Of a stretch of 64,000 bases of DNA, positions 13,225 through 27,700 are shown piece after piece (the first letter of the stretch is position 1; every line of letters begins with the position of its first letter). The stretch lies in contig NC_058368.1 in NCBI RefSeq assembly GCF_018350175.1, positions 154,878,001 to 154,942,000 of the forward strand, given 5' to 3'. The translations under genes and the position numbers were made by a program. The notes under the pieces are model-generated. The model did not search any database and was not told the DNA's origin. It worked only from the letters and a program-made list of their open reading frames with translations. The stretch comes from Felis catus (lineage: Eukaryota).

Positions 13225-14139
13225 TGTCTACTACAGAGGTTTCATTTCTCAAGCCAATTCTGTAACTATTCAGCTACAGCTGTCGCCATATTTATCTGTA
13301 TTTACATTAAGGTTCATTCTCATCCTTCATGTTTTTTGCCTTTTCTATGGTTATGGAGATTAATGGATTTCCTTAAGAGAATAAAAACCTTTTCATATAG
13401 CTCTTCACATTTAAGGGAAGAGTGAGGTATTAGACATAGAATGCTTTAGCAAAATATGCAAAAAGTTCAAACTTCCAAGGCTTAAATAATTATTTCCCAT
13501 AAGACTATTTGAAATATTTAAAACCTGTAGGAATTTTGCATTCTGCCTAAATTTACATTCTAGCCCTTGCATTTGTTCTCTCAATTAGTAAAGTCCAAGT
13601 AGCAAACTTTTTCCAGTTAATAAAATCTAATATAGAAATTCTACCGATAAAAGGTTTGTTACATGATGATTTCAAAAATCTTCTCTCATTGAAAGTTTGC
13701 TTGATATTGTTGTGGTAGGCAATATATATGTAACTCAGTATTGTAAAATCTTAAGCACTTTTCTTACTTAACCTGAAAATTAAGTTCAAACAATTCTTAA
13801 AGGTAAGTTATTACTATTATAATATCTTGGTAGATATATATTATCTTAAAGATATATTTCAAGATAGTCTTTTTTTTAAGTTTAGTCATTCTTTATTATT
13901 TGTTATTTGTCATAGGTCTAGATGATTTTTAACAAAGTTGATAAGTTCTGCAGGGATTCTACAGGTCAATACAGATGAGTATAAATACTATGATGACTTT
14001 CCCCAATCTTCTGTTGTAAGCATAAGTCAAAGAGACAGTAATTTTAGAGGCAAAGACATGGAAAAATGAAGCTCAGACTAATGCTTTCAGCTGGCCTGAG
14101 AAATAAAAGCTGGATGAAGTGATTGTTTCAATTGTTAAA

Positions 14140-14290
14140 TGAGGCAGAGTGATATAGAGAAAATGCTCAGATTTGCTCAGATTTAAATCTTGACACAACC
14201 ACTTGTAGCTGCGTAATTGTGCAAATCTCTTAACCATTCTGAGTTGTTTCTTCATCTGTAAAATGGAAATATACAGTATCCATTTTACAA
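14140..14290 (+). mobile_element. MIR
   Basis: accacttgtagctgcgtaattgtgcaaatctcttaaccattctgag...ttcatctgtaaaatgg MIR core. Confidence 0.8.
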
Positions 14291-14299
14291 GAAACAGCC

Positions 14300-14498
14300 A
14301 ACACTGGATGACCTGGAAGAGAGGCAGACAGGGGAGACATCTCCCTACTATCTGAGTCTCACCTCTCATTGGCCAAACCCAACCCAAACCCAGAGAGCAG
14401 GAAGCCCAATGATTCAGTTCACAATGCAAGTCTCCAGGGCGGAGAATGGTCGACAATGGTGAAAAGTAAATTATGAGAGATAAATGGAAATATCAGTA
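14300..14498 (-). mobile_element. Old MLT1 (MLT1K-like) LTR fragment
   Basis: cattggccaaacccaacc...cagagagcaggaagcccaatgattcagt resembles the recalled MLT1K consensus. Confidence 0.6.
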
Positions 14499-14539
14499 TG
14501 GATATGAAAGAAAAGAATATGGCCTTAAAATAAAAGAGA

Positions 14540-14850
14540 ACTCAGAAAGAATCATATTTTGATGAGATAGTCAGAGCAAGACTGTAAAGAAGATAACACA
14601 TAGATGGAACTCTAAAGAATGAGAAGTAGCTAACCATATAAAAAAAGATAGGCAGAGAGAATTCTTGGCAGAAAAAATAGTATTGGCAATAGCCCTAAGG
14701 CAGGAAAAAGCTCAATGTATTATGTGATTTGAAAAACCCTTGTGGCTTCATAAGTCAAGGTTAGGAATTTAGACCTAATTGGCTGTGCAATGGATTTTAA
14801 ACAGGAGAGTGACATTTAGAAGGATCCTTCTGGATGGCGTGTGAAGAATA
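14540..14850 (-). mobile_element. L2 fragment
   Basis: gccctaaggcaggaaaaagct...ggattttaaacaggagagtgacat L2 motifs. Confidence 0.6.
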
Positions 14851-17800
14851 AATTGAACAAGAAAAATGGAGGGGGGAAGGTGGAAATAAAGAAAAAAAGT
14901 AAAAAGAACAATTAAAAAAAAGAAACTAAACATACAATAGATTAGATGTCACACAGCAAAACCAAATGATTAAAAACGAAGTCATACAGACTCCAAAGCT
15001 CATATGTGTTCAGAAAAAGGACAGTGCCTTTCAACTTGAGTTACTAATGAAGGTGTTATGGAAGACAGGGCTTAAGCTGTAAAGGTTTAATACAGCTATT
15101 AAAGGCTAATATAGAATTAGAACAAATAGAGAGAAAAGAGGTATCAGTTCTAGAATAGGAAGGAATGGAAGTCAAGTAGTTACAGGAATATTTAGGAAGG
15201 AATGAAGGAGGCATTTTGAGAGGAGCAGAGGGAGATGGGACTGGATACAGGAATGAAGAGAATGTACATGTTTCTGGGCATTAGTGAATTAATTTTCTGC
15301 TCTTCCAAGATAAGATTTGAATCCTTAACCAGGTCTTTTGATAAGTTTGGTGATATTTTCAGGTACTTCGAAAACAAATACTTTTGGATTTGTCCCCTGA
15401 AGTTGTATCACATAACTAAGAAACCAGCTACTGATCTAAATTATGCAAGGCTGGTTAGGATGAATAATTTCCCCTTGAATCAGAAATACCTGAATTAAAA
15501 TGTACTTAAAAGGAGGTTTGCCAGGCTAGTGACATAAGCATTGCTTACATTACCTACTATTTTAAAGTATCCACATCATTGCTTCGTTGATGCAGAAATT
15601 GAGAAAGAATGTTATATTTATTTGTTCTATTTTTTAACTAGGAACTCTGATATTGTTCATGATGGAAAATGAGTTACCTTATTTTACCTTGAAAAATACC
15701 AGGAAAAGTAGAAATGGCTTTTATACAAGTTTCTACAAATATAATTTTAGTTTCAAAAGAAGATTATTGAAAGCTATTATGGGGGACCTCATTCTTGTAG
15801 TGTGCATGCATATTTCATATTGAACTGTTTGGTTATTTTTTTCCCTAGAAAATGGCAAAGAATTCTCAAATTGTTGTGGTTTCTAATTCCAGAATACATT
15901 TATTTCTCTTAGTGTAAGGGAGGTAATTGGGAGTATACTTAATTCTATAAACAATTTGTAATCTATTATATCCAATATATATATCAAATAATCAATGGTA
16001 TAAATATGACATAGTCACATGTGGATTTGAAGAACCAGAGCATCTAAAATATTTTCTCAAGGTCACATAACAAGTAAAAGGTACAACCGAAACCTGAATT
16101 GAGAAACAACTAGGGAAAATCATTTTCTCACATCTCTTCTTTGCAATACTTTGAACCTCCCTCTGAGGGCATCAGAGTCATTAATAAAATGCACGATAGT
16201 CTTAATTCCCCTATGAGGAATCTGAAAAGTTGTGCATATGTTAGTTTTTCACAATAATTCTAGTAATAACCGAGTTAAATTCAAGCAAAGATAAAGTAAA
16301 CTGGAAACCTTTATCAAGACTCATGTTACAAAGTGGCTAACTCCTCGGACCCAAACATTCTTCATAGCTTGTAATGCTACTGTCTCTGTGATTGATTGTT
16401 TGATGTGTGGCTCTTTCAGCAAATTATAAGAAAATGAATGATTGGATATTAGTAATGCAAACCGATCTGTCCTTGAAATGCTCTTGGCTCCTTTTATATC
16501 TATCTGAAACCCACACTTTATTTAAGGCTATGCTAAATATCCACCTATTCCATGCAGGCTTCTACACTATAGATATCATTATCTATCCCCTTCTGTTGAC
16601 CACATTCCATATTATTCTTGGGCAGAAATTTTCCCCAAATGAGTGCAGTCTTAGGGTGATAAAATCAGGTGCTTATCTTACCTCTAAGAGGTAGAAGGAG
16701 TTTTGGCTCCTTCTGTCAAAACTTTGCTCTCACCACCATACTGCAGCTCTCCACTTAAGTCTTGCCAACTGGATTCTCTCTTCCAGGACTTTCAGTCTTG
16801 AGCAGAGTAATACAAGAACAGAACACAAGAATGGAAGACTAGATGAAGTCATTTTAAAAGACCACCTCAGAAGCGTATATAGGAATTCAATCAATATCTA
16901 CCGAATTAAATTGAATGAACAGAGTACATAAGAAAATAATCATTGAATAAGAAAACTATTCATTGAGTTAGGCTCTCTTAATAAAATCTGAAGACATCAA
17001 AACGTAGACTATTCATTAACCACAAAATCTTCTATAAAGTGAAGTCTCATTCATGTTGAAATTCTACCACTTTGTGTTAAACACTAGACTGAAGACTTTT
17101 ATCTCATTGTTAAAGTTCATTAATAAGACCAACAGAAGAAAGAGGAATTTGGAGTTAATAGTCAAAGGACAGTGAAATAATAAAATAGAATTCACTATGT
17201 CCCATGGCCTTTTCTGCAATATTTTAGTGCATTCCTTTGATAAGCAAATACCAAGATCACATTGCATTCATAACACACTAGGAACTTGCACAAATAGAGA
17301 TTGATTTCATTTTTTATTATTCAGAAATTCTAAATGATTCCCTCAGATTGCTTGTGAACAGCATAGCTTGTGGTATGATTTTCAATGATTTTCACAAATA
17401 AAAGAATACATAAAATGCAGAAAGCAGTGTATGGGGGTATAAATAAACCATAGAAATAATAATAATAATACAGCCTACTGATATAGAACTTTACTGTTTA
17501 AAAGCACTTTAATGACTGTGGTTGGAATGATTTATATTATATGAAAGGAGCTACATGGAAGAATTAAATAAATGGTGTTTAAATACCACTCACACATACA
17601 ACATTCAGAGACACAATACTTTTAGAAAAATATTCACCTTATTCACAATATGCAGTATATAATATATATGTAATATACAAACAGAATATATTACATATGT
17701 ATAAAAGCTTTTTACAATAACCTTGGCATAAGGATATATTTCATTTTTCCCAGAGTAGGTAAATAGTGGCTTTTTATACACAAAGGAGGCTAAGGATAAT

Positions 17801-20178
17801 GCTGAATTATTTCTTTTCATAGGAATGCTTAAAGCATGTGACTTTCCTAAATAATTCGTGTAATTTTTCCTCTGTTAATACCCATTTGTATAACTGTATA
17901 TGATGAAAGTTAAGAAGTGCCCCATCAGGAGGGGATGAAAGGCTGGCAACACTTGAAAAATTATAAACTAAACAGAAGTGATGATTATAGTCCCCCTTTC
18001 ACATAAAAAATCATAAAGTATTTCCTGTTCTGTCCCATTTCTCAGTTGGAACATACTCTCACAGAGGGAACATGAATAGATTAAAATCTCACTTTTTTTC
18101 TTCTTTAAGAAAACATAAGCATAATCACTTTTGATTTCTTTTAAGTTGGTTCAATAAACAATGAGTACTATTTTAAAACTAGAGGCATTCCATGGGAATC
18201 TCTCTGGAAAGAAATAACTTATATTGAATGTCATTTTATGAGTTAAGTTTATGGAAAGCTATAATCTTTTTGCAATATAGAGTATAGTTAAAACTAATTC
18301 ACACATATCCCTTTTCATCCAGTATATACAGGAGACCCAAATTATATCTGTTGAAAATGACCTAAGGTGATTTTTTTTCTGTACGAAATGAAGGGATATT
18401 AAAATTGCAGGTATTTGTAAGAAGTTTCCCCAATTGACAAAGGATCTGCTCGATGCTGAACACACTGGTTGTCTTAGTTTTGTCCTAACAGGATTCTCAG
18501 ATCATCATCCAAAATGAGAAGGTTTCATACCACAGACAAAAAGGGTAAGAGGACAGGGATTGGAGAGGAAACAGGAAGTTACTCAAACCGAGTTCTTCAA
18601 GAACTGGAAAACTTTTACCAAAATCTTAGAAAGTCCTACCCAGAGATAAAGATATAAAATACCAAGGGTATTAAAACACTCCCAGTACCTTGTAAAGTTA
18701 AAAGAGAATGAGATATTGTGAAGGGTTAGACACAATGAAAAATTGTGAAAGGCTAGACACACATACTCTTCAGTATACTCCAGGGCCAGATATGTCAAAA
18801 ATACACTGATGTATCTCGAGAATTAGGAACTTCTCTAACGTGCTATTTTTGTTCTTGGTGTTTATTTCCAGGTAGCTCTTAGCAATAAAACCCTAAAAAG
18901 AAAGGGGTTATGGGTATTTGTTTCAGGACTATGTAAGAAGAGAACTAGGGAGGCTATATCATAGCTGGAGGTATGGGGGGGAGAAGCTAGAGATCTAAAT
19001 GTGTTGGGGAAGCTAGGGAAAATAAAGATGAATGATCTTTGTGATCTTCCAGAAGAAGTAATAAAGGGGAAGAGAGTAAAAAGCACAGAGTGGATACTCT
19101 TCCTTTATCTATAATATTTATTAACATCTGTTTTATTCTATCTCTACCTTTCTAGGATTCTAGCGTTCATAATGAATTCTTAGACTATATGGACAATAAG
19201 CAATTAATAATTTCATGCTGAAATAGTATTTTGCTTTTGTACTGCACACTTTTGTACATGTCAGCTTATTTGATATTCATATTCATCAACCACATTTTAT
19301 GAGTAATAAAAATGGGTCTTAGACATACTAGTTTATAGACATGCATCGTAGAAACAAAGACTAGAAACCGAGTTTCTAATTCTCTATTTTACTTTGAATG
19401 GTATAAGTGTGTTTGCATTTAACTCTTTTCTTCTGAATAGAGAACAGAATTGATTTCCAAAACCAATGCCAAATCTGAAATATTATAGTCAATATGTATT
19501 ACATTATGGATATTTTAGCATAAACAATTATGGCTGCCGTGTAGTGACCTGCTTTTGCTCATCCAATACAACAATCAAAAATCCTTAAAAAATAATGTTG
19601 ACATGTATTTTGTTTTTTTTAATAACAAAGGGGGTGCACATATGTAGGTGTTGCTTCACCCTAAAAATATTGCCAAGATCTCTCTATCTCTCTGTCTCTC
19701 TCTCATTTCTACCCTTCAGCACCATATTGCTCCTCCCTTGACTTCCTCCTTCTAGACCCTTGTTGCTCATACCCTACCCTCCTATGACCCCGCTTTTCCT
19801 ATAGGCTATCCTCTCTGCTTTTCATGTCTTCAGAAATTATACCCTCATTCTGCACTCTAACCTCTTTCAGCTTTGGGAAAATGTCCCCAGAACTCTGGTG
19901 GATAAAATTCCCCTCCTCATTATATATACTATGAAACTTCTTTCTATTTTTTTAATCCCTAATCAATCTTAAGGGTGTAGTACATTCTTTTGGGGGGGGG
20001 GGCAGGTGCATGATTCATGATGGTTCTCCCTTTCCAAAAAGAGTTTCTTGATTCATGGTTATAAATCAATCTCTTCCTTTAGAATATAAATTATTGGTTC
20101 AGGAGAGGTGATTGATTCAAGGGTAGCTGATTCAGCTTCTCCTTTCCAGAAACTTGAAACATAAACTCTAGAGACAGA

Positions 20179-20312
20179 TTGTGACTACTCTTATCATGAT
20201 GAGCACTGAGTAATGTATAGAATTGTCAAATCACCATGGTGTATACTTGAAACTAATAGATCATGGTATGTCAACTACATTTCAGTAATTAACAAAAATA
20301 CTAAAATAAAAT
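20179..20312 (+). mobile_element. 5'-truncated carnivore L1 3' end with TSD
   Basis: cttatcatgatgagcactgagtaatgtatagaattgtcaaatcac...A-tail; flanked by aaactctagagaca/aaaatctagagaca. Confidence 0.85.
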
Positions 20313-20864
20313 AAAATCTAGAGACACAGACTTAAATGTGCTAGTGCTCACATGAGCAAGGATGAAGTGGGAATAATCACATACCAAACTTCTGCTTCTG
20401 AGCTTTCCTGCTTCCTTCTTTTCCAGCATCATGATTCAACTCATCGTTGGATTCAATGATATACCCCGTATTATTCTAGTATATCTGCTAGGCATAGTCA
20501 GCTTTTGTTACGGGAGAAATCTGTTTTCCAAAAGAAGTTAAACCAAGAAATAGTTGGTTAATTGAAAAAGCTGTTCAAGTGAGAAATCACAAATGTGATG
20601 GATGATTTAACTTGAAATATATAAAAAATGTATATACCTTCTCCTAATTATTTTATACCTTTACTTGGAGTCTCTACTATTATTCTTGTATAAACCACAG
20701 CTGAAAAATAATAACCATGATTTCTAATTGAATCTTCTTCAAAGTGAAATGGATTTTTAAGCCAAACATAAAGCAATCCAGGTAAAGAAATCTTCCAAAT
20801 TTTAAAGATATTTTTTTCTGGATTCATAGTTGTCTTACTCATACCTGATTCTTGAACAATATTT

Positions 20865-20949
20865 TTAAAAATGTTTACTTTAATTCCAGTTTGCTAACAT
20901 ATAGTGTTATATTAGTTCAGTAATTGAACACTTCCATACATTACCCTGT
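20865..20949 (-). mobile_element. Short carnivore L1 3' fragment
   Basis: aattccagtttgctaacatatagtgttatattagtt...acacttccataca matches the reverse strand of an L1 3' end. Confidence 0.65.
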
Positions 20950-21134
20950 CTGAGCAATAGTGTTTTAATGATTTGCCCTTACCAAATTTTCCTAAGTATT
21001 GCTTTTGATTTCAACTGACAACTACTCTCTCCTTTCCACACTAATTCATCAGAACACAGGTAATAAATTAAATTGCATAATTATAATACTACAATAAACA
21101 TAAACAAGTTTGGAAGCAAACATAGTTTAGTCCT

Positions 21135-21373
21135 TTTTTTAATTTTTTTTTAAACTTTTTTTTTAATTTTTTTTTAACGTTTATTTATTTTTGGGACAGA
21201 GACAGAGCATGAACGGGGGAGGGGCAGAGAGAGAGGGAGACACAGAATCGGAAACAGGCTCCAGGCTCTGAGCCATCAGCCCAGAGCCTGACGCGGGGCT
21301 CGAACTCACGGACCTCGAGATCGTGACCTGGCTGAAGTCGGATGCTTAACCGACTGCACCACCCAGGCACCCC
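21135..21373 (-). mobile_element. Young SINEC_Fc
   Basis: Near-consensus body with CpGs retained; 17-bp TSD aaacatagtttagtcct (21118-21134) / aaacgtagtttagtcct (21374-21390). Confidence 0.97.
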
Positions 21374-23604
21374 AAACGTAGTTTAGTCCTAAAAGCATTC
21401 AGCTTACTTGTAGAAAAAAGGGGCATAAAAATGATAGAGAATAAGTTATATCTGCATTTGAGAGGCTGTGGGCTTTGGTGCATTTTATAGGGGAAAGAGA
21501 AGGCATCTATCAACCTAGAGAATTAGTTAAGTGAAGGTAACTTGGTTAAATGAGTAGCCACTGGACTTAAAACCAAGAGTCCTGACTCATGTAAGTAAGG
21601 CATTTAATAACAGGTGAAAGAAAAAACTTCAAGTAGATGAGAATACTGCATGTTTAGCCTTCTTCACAATCTTACTTATGTCAATAGTTTGATACTAAAG
21701 ACATGGCATGGCTCATTGAAATAAATCAAAAGTTGGCATTTGGGGCGAACATATCTTAACAGACAAAACAAATTCATGTCAGGCACCAAACAACTACTTA
21801 CTTCATCCACTTCATTGAGTTGAGGTAGAAAAAAGTTGAGGTAGATTCTCTGGAAAATTGTATAGTGCTAACCTTTAAAATTGAAGACTACACTTGCTAG
21901 CAATAATCCTTATCTGCTTCTCATTATGACTGAAAATAGCTTTAATCAGTAAGTGGTCACTGGGAATTACAGAATGAGATTTTAATTTAAAGAAAGTATA
22001 TATATGTGTAAATATATATAAACATATATATTATATACAATGGAAAAGAAATTATGTATAATATATAAATATCTAATATATTGATACATTATATTAAACA
22101 TATATTGATATTTTCTAAATAATAAGTATTATAGTATTGGCTGAAATTTATATATATATATACACACACACACATATATATAGCCAATGTTACTAGACAC
22201 TCTGGCTATTAGTGGTTTCGTGTTGCTGACTTAGATTTAGTGTGACCCCTAAGTTTGATGTCGAAATGACACTAGAAAGTGAAGTATGCAATTACTTGGC
22301 TGTTGTAGAAGATGTGATGAAGCAGGTGGAAATGCCCCTTGAAAATTTATCAGATGATCTTTCATAGAATTAGGTTGTGATTTTTCTAAAATTCTATGGC
22401 CATCTATATATTAGTTAATCCCCGGAAACAGAAGATCAGCAATTATGGATTATTTGTGAAGTTTACATGGGGCTGTTCATCATAAATCCAAAGGAGATAA
22501 TATATCATGCATATGCAGCAGAGGAGAAACACATATTCAGAATACCTATACACAATTCAGAGCTAATGAGATCCTTTCAAAAGATGTATTGACACACAGG
22601 GTAGCAAACTACTAACTCCTCACAAATGGAATCACCCCAAATTTCTTGACTGAACCAGCCCTGCCGAGAATGGCACTTCCAAGTCACTTAGTTCAGGATC
22701 TTAGTTCAGGATCTCTTGTGTTTATTTTGTCAGTAATGGCTGTGTAACATCAAATGACAAGAAGGGGTCACCAGCACTGAGTTCCTACTCTGCAAGCCAA
22801 CTGGCATCAAAGCCAAGCCTACTGCCACCAAGGACTGCTGAGCTGAGAGTGTGAGGAGAACCAACAGAGACAGATGTTAAAGCAACAGAGGAAAGGGGAG
22901 CTAAAGCCATTGATCACAAGTGAGAGGGATGCTGTGAGTCACCACCAGAGGTAATGTGGAAAAGCTGTCATTTTCTGGGTAGCAACAGGAGTGCATGCTG
23001 GCATGTAGCATTCAGATGGGGTGGCTCGCACTAGAGGAATAATGTCACACTGGCCAAGAGTAAATGCACAAGTGGGATGCTAACAGCAAAAGGATTGCCC
23101 GCCAGCAGCTCCTAGGCTAGGAAAAGGACTAAGTCATTCATACTGTGCCTATGGAACTGTCTGCAGGGCTCCATTGATCTTATGGTCTGCACTCATGCAC
23201 ATGGCTTGAAATACCTTGAGCTCTGTCATCTATAAACACAAGCAAAGATCACTCCCTCTCTCTGTTTTAAGAAGGCTGGTGACAATGACTGCATAGGTGC
23301 AATAGGTAGGTGCAAGTTGGGGCAGTAATTAAACATTGTCTTTTGCTTATCTCTCTTCCACCCTATGAGATATTTCAGGGATGGAAACGTGAAACCATAA
23401 TTTTAGAATGCATCAGGATAAAGAGGGGATATTTCAATCTGATCAAGTCTCTGTACATGTGATATAGATTTTTAGTGGCTATCTTGAATGACCCATTCAC
23501 TAATGCCCACCCTAAAATATAAGATGCCTATCTTTGAATCCTTCCTTGTGCTTTATAGGTGTTTCTTTCATAATAATTACCTTACTCCACTTTGATATAT
23601 AATG

Positions 23605-23758
23605 GAGTAAAACCTCAAATTTGAGGAACTTGTTCTGTGAATGTTCTGCAAGATGAGCAAACATTTCTAATAAATTTTAACTGGATAAACAAGCGATATC
23701 TTGCAATACAAGTAGTATGTGACACTGACCGTCACATGATCACAACTGAGACAATGGT

Positions 23759-23803
<45 letters not shown>

Positions 23804-24484
23804 CACCATTGTGTGTGATTGTCTCCCATGCTTGGATGCTCAGTCTCAGGCTGTGGTGTTTGGCAGCAGTCAGTGATCTTTCAGAACGTGGGAAGGTGCC
23901 CACAACTGGCACTAGTATATTTTTTGTCACTTCAAAGCACCTCTGGGCAGTCCGTTGCTTTTCCATAGAAGAGTAAGCTTAGGAATGCTTTGCTTCATTC
24001 TAGGTCAGGCTGCCTGCAGATCTAGACCCTTTCCTCTGCTTCCAGTTACATTAAATACAGTATTTGACAAGAGTTTATTAATATTGTACTGTAGTCAACA
24101 TCCGTCCGAGTGAATATAATGGCCCCCATGCAGAAAAAGATTCCATTAAGCCAACAGAGAGCAGTGATTCCATTAGTGAGAGACAAAGTCGTCTTACACA
24201 ATAACCCTCCTCTCTCTTGTCTCCCTCACACCAGCCATGAAGGTTTTGAAAGGTAACTGCAGGTTGTTTATTTTTCTTTATATTTTGTATTTTCTGTAGT
24301 ATCTTTAGTATTTTGTATTATATTACAGTATTATAATCATTCTTACATGAATATTTTGGGGTTGTAGAATGAATCATCTGAATTTCCATTATTTCTTACA
24401 GGGAAATCTGCTTTGATATACAAGTGCTTTGGATGACAAGCATGTTTCCAGAACGAATTATGCTTGCAAACCAAGGTTTTACTG
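23605..24484. mobile_element. Non-autonomous TcMar-Tigger-type DNA transposon (~880 bp) with internal (CT)n
   Basis: Left end gagtaaaacct versus right end aggttttactg followed by TA; left flank is TG (decayed TA). Confidence 0.75.
23760..23799. repeat. (CT)n microsatellite
   Basis: Direct reading. Confidence 0.97.
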
Positions 24485-24499
24485 TATTTTGGTCATCTA

Positions 24500-24690
24500 C
24501 TTATTCAACCATTCAGCAAGCATTTTCTGAACAGCTATAATGTGGCAGTCACTGTGCTAGGTGTTATCTTGTTAATAAACAAGACAGAAAAAGTCCTTGC
24601 CTTTATGGAGTCACAGCTCATGATGATAGATATTTTAAAAATTAAACAAATTATTGTGAAAATCACAATTCAGGTAAGTGTTAGGAAGAG
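24500..24690 (-). mobile_element. L2 3' fragment
   Basis: attcaaccattcagcaagcattttctgaacagctataatgtggcagtcactgtgctagg. Confidence 0.65.
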
Positions 24691-25401
24691 ATGTCAGTTG
24701 CCTAGGTTTTAGTCCCCCTGTCTAGACGGGCTTTTCTAGTCTATGTATGTCCAGGAGTGATCAGGACCATGCCTGGCACAGAGCAAATGCAAATAACAAT
24801 AGTTCATTACACTGAGCTAATGAGTATAAGAACAATTTCTGGTAAGGTTGTAAGAACAATTTGATCTGTGAAATTTTAGAAGTAATATCTTTTCTTTCGC
24901 ATCAGCATATTTGCTTTTCATTCCCTAAACAAATAGTAATGGAAAGTTTTTAAAAAGCATTTCTGATACAGGCTATTTTTAATGTGCTAGATTTTCAGAT
25001 TTGAGCTATATTTTTGGAAATTGAGAGCAAACATTTGGTGTAGTTTACTCTAACATTTGAACCTGATTCAGAGGTTTCACCCTTTTTGATGCATAGGCTA
25101 AAATCCTACCCTACTTCCCTCATTTTAGGTGAGTGCTTATGAAACCTGCATTAGCTATTTAAAACTTTCAAATATACTTTTGAATAGGGTATGGGAGAAA
25201 ATGAGAGTGAAAATGAGAGTGAAAAATGAGGATCCCTGTTGACCAGCCCTGACATCCGTAAGATTCTACTGGCCTGAACGGGTGAGTGACATAGCACAAG
25301 ACTCACTCATAGGGAAATTGGCCCTCCAACATAAGCTAAGTACTGTATCTCTAGGCTTTCTTGAAGTTAGCCTCTGCTCATTGTTAAAGAGTTAATGTCT
25401 A

Positions 25402-25623
25402 GGGGCGCCTGGGTGGCGCAGTCGGTTAAGCGTCCGACTTCAGCCAGGTCACGATCTCGCGGTCCGTGAGTTCAAGCCCCGCGTCAGGCTCTGGGCTGAT
25501 GGCTCGGAGCCTGGAGCCTGTTTCCGATTCTGTGTCTCCCTCTCTCTCTGCCCCTCCCCCATTCATGCTCTGTCTCTCTCTGTCCCAAAAATAAATAAAT
25601 GTTGAAAAAAAAATTAAAAAAAA
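25402..25623 (+). mobile_element. Very young SINEC_Fc
   Basis: ggggcgcctgggtggcgcagtcggttaagcgtccgacttcagccaggtcacgatctcgcgg, CpG-rich; perfect TSD aaagagttaatgtcta at 25386-25401 and 25624-25639. Confidence 0.98.
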
Positions 25624-25774
25624 AAAGAGTTAATGTCTAGCATAGTAGGGGACCCTGAACTCTGTTCCAGCACTAAAGACAATATGCAGTCCATATGCAA
25701 CTATGATTGTGAAATATTTGAAATATTGTACCCATGGATAAATCTGAAATATCTTAATGCAGTCCTAGAAACAT

Positions 25775-25915
25775 TGAAGAATAATACACATTTTTATTAG
25801 ACGTTTTCCTTCATGAGTGACTCAGGTTTACACATGCATTGTTATGTAAAAGTCCTCTTCTGGTTGTGTGTATTTCACTTTCTTGTTGCTTACGACCTTC
25901 AGAGATAGATGATCT
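25775..25915 (-). other. Candidate terminal exon (exon 3) of small minus-strand gene
   Basis: Acceptor ccatctctttctggcccttactttttccag|A; phase-2 frame (K)DHLSLKVVSNKKVKYTQPEEDFYITMHV* stops at 25828; AATAAA at 25798-25793 followed by GT/T-rich sequence. Confidence 0.5.
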
Positions 25916-27139
25916 CTGGAAAAAGTAAGGGCCAGAAAGAGATGGTGAATGGTTTCCTAATAAATATTTAAATCTATATTTAAGTCTGTAATTGCCCCCT
26001 TTACTCTTCACAAAGGGATGGGATTCAATCTACTGAGGTTTACTCTACTCTGGGGATGCAAATATATATTGCACTTAGACGCTCAAGGAGTTCACATTTC
26101 AATGAGAAGAAACACATATTAGGAGGGCACAGAGGATAAAAACTGGGGGCGTGGGATTTGAAAGCAGAGAGATAAGCCCAGCATCGGTAGGCAGGGATGC
26201 CCAGTACTGAACTCTGTAAGTTGTGATACCAGAATGAAAGGATGGAGTAAAAGCACTGAAGAGACAGAATCACACATGACGTGTGCACACAGGTGGGGGC
26301 AGCAATGAGATAGAGCCCGGATGGCATGAGGCTCTGCAGCAGACACAAAGTTCATCCGCTAGATGTATCTAACCTTTGTAAAGCTGTATCTGCAGGGATT
26401 ATTTATTTAGTTTAGGTTTGGGACATTATCCTTGTGAGAATCCAGATGCTTTGGTATGTTTTATCTTCAGAATTTAACAGAAAAGTCTATCCTTGCCTAG
26501 GGTAGCATTTGCTGCTATAAATCATGACACGCTGGGTTTTAGCTGCGGCTGTAAGCTGAATTATGTCTTTTTTTAACTTCTACTCAGTGGTCCCAGTTCT
26601 GCCCTCAGGAACTAACACAGATTAAGTTGAATCCCTCTCTTGTGTGGCAGCCCTGGAACTGTCATCAGCAGGGTCTCCTTTTCTTCACTTGCCCAGGTCC
26701 TAAGCAGCTTCAGCCATTAACAGTGATAGGGACTCTGCTCCCGATGCCATCCTGATCACCTTCCTGTGCACATACTCAAATCCGCGGCATTCCTTGCAGG
26801 ATAGGAAACCTGAGCATGACCCGTTTCCAGAGCTGTCACAGCTAAGAGTACACAGGGCCCGTGGCCCTACTCCTCCTGTGCACTCGATGTTTATGAAGAC
26901 ACCCCCAAATTGCTATCAGCCTTTTTAAGCAACCCCTCCTACTGCTGGTGCCTTCTGATGTACCCACACTTGGAGATTTTATTTTATCGCACAGACTTTG
27001 TAAATCTATCGGTTCCCATACAACTTCCTCCTATTTAAACCCGGGGTCAAACTTTACATTCCTCAATACAGTAGCAACAGAGATGTCTATCACATTTCGT
27101 GGGGAAAAGGAGCATTTATTATTGCCTTTATGAAAACAG

Positions 27140-27700
27140 CTGGCATCTATTGAGCTATCATTATGTGCCAGATAATGTGTTAATATTTCTAATGAATTAT
27201 ATCCTTAAAAAAATTAAACTATGGGTTTTATCGTAAAAATAATATGAACAGACAGCAAGACTTCAAACACTCTAAAAGGACATAATATGAAAAGGAAATC
27301 TTTTGCTGGTATCTTACCTTACTACAGATTTCCATGCTTTGTATACCCTACCCAAAGTTTTCTGCGCATATATATTTTATATCATGTTTTTACATAATTG
27401 GTATAATACTCTGAGCTTAAATGTTTTAAATTTGAAGAGTTCTGGGTAACCATTTTGTAAAATCACATACAGGGCCATCTAAATCTTTCCAATAGCTACG
27501 TGTATTACATTGTGTGGAAGTAGCAGACCTGGCATCTCATTTAATTCTAAGAACAATCGATGCATTGAGTCTCACTATCTTCCATAAACATACAGAAAAC
27601 CGAGGCTGGAAGAATCAGCTACCTTGCCTGATGCTACACATTGGAAAAGTAACCCAGTAAGGGTTCAAACGTCTATCTGCCTGACTACTGGGTTTGACCC
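27140..27700 (-). mobile_element. MIR apparently split by an old L1 fragment
   Basis: MIR 3' part (tattgagctatcattatgtgccaga) and core (cagaaaaccgaggctggaagaatcagctaccttgcc) flank L1-like sequence at ~27260-27520. Confidence 0.5.
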
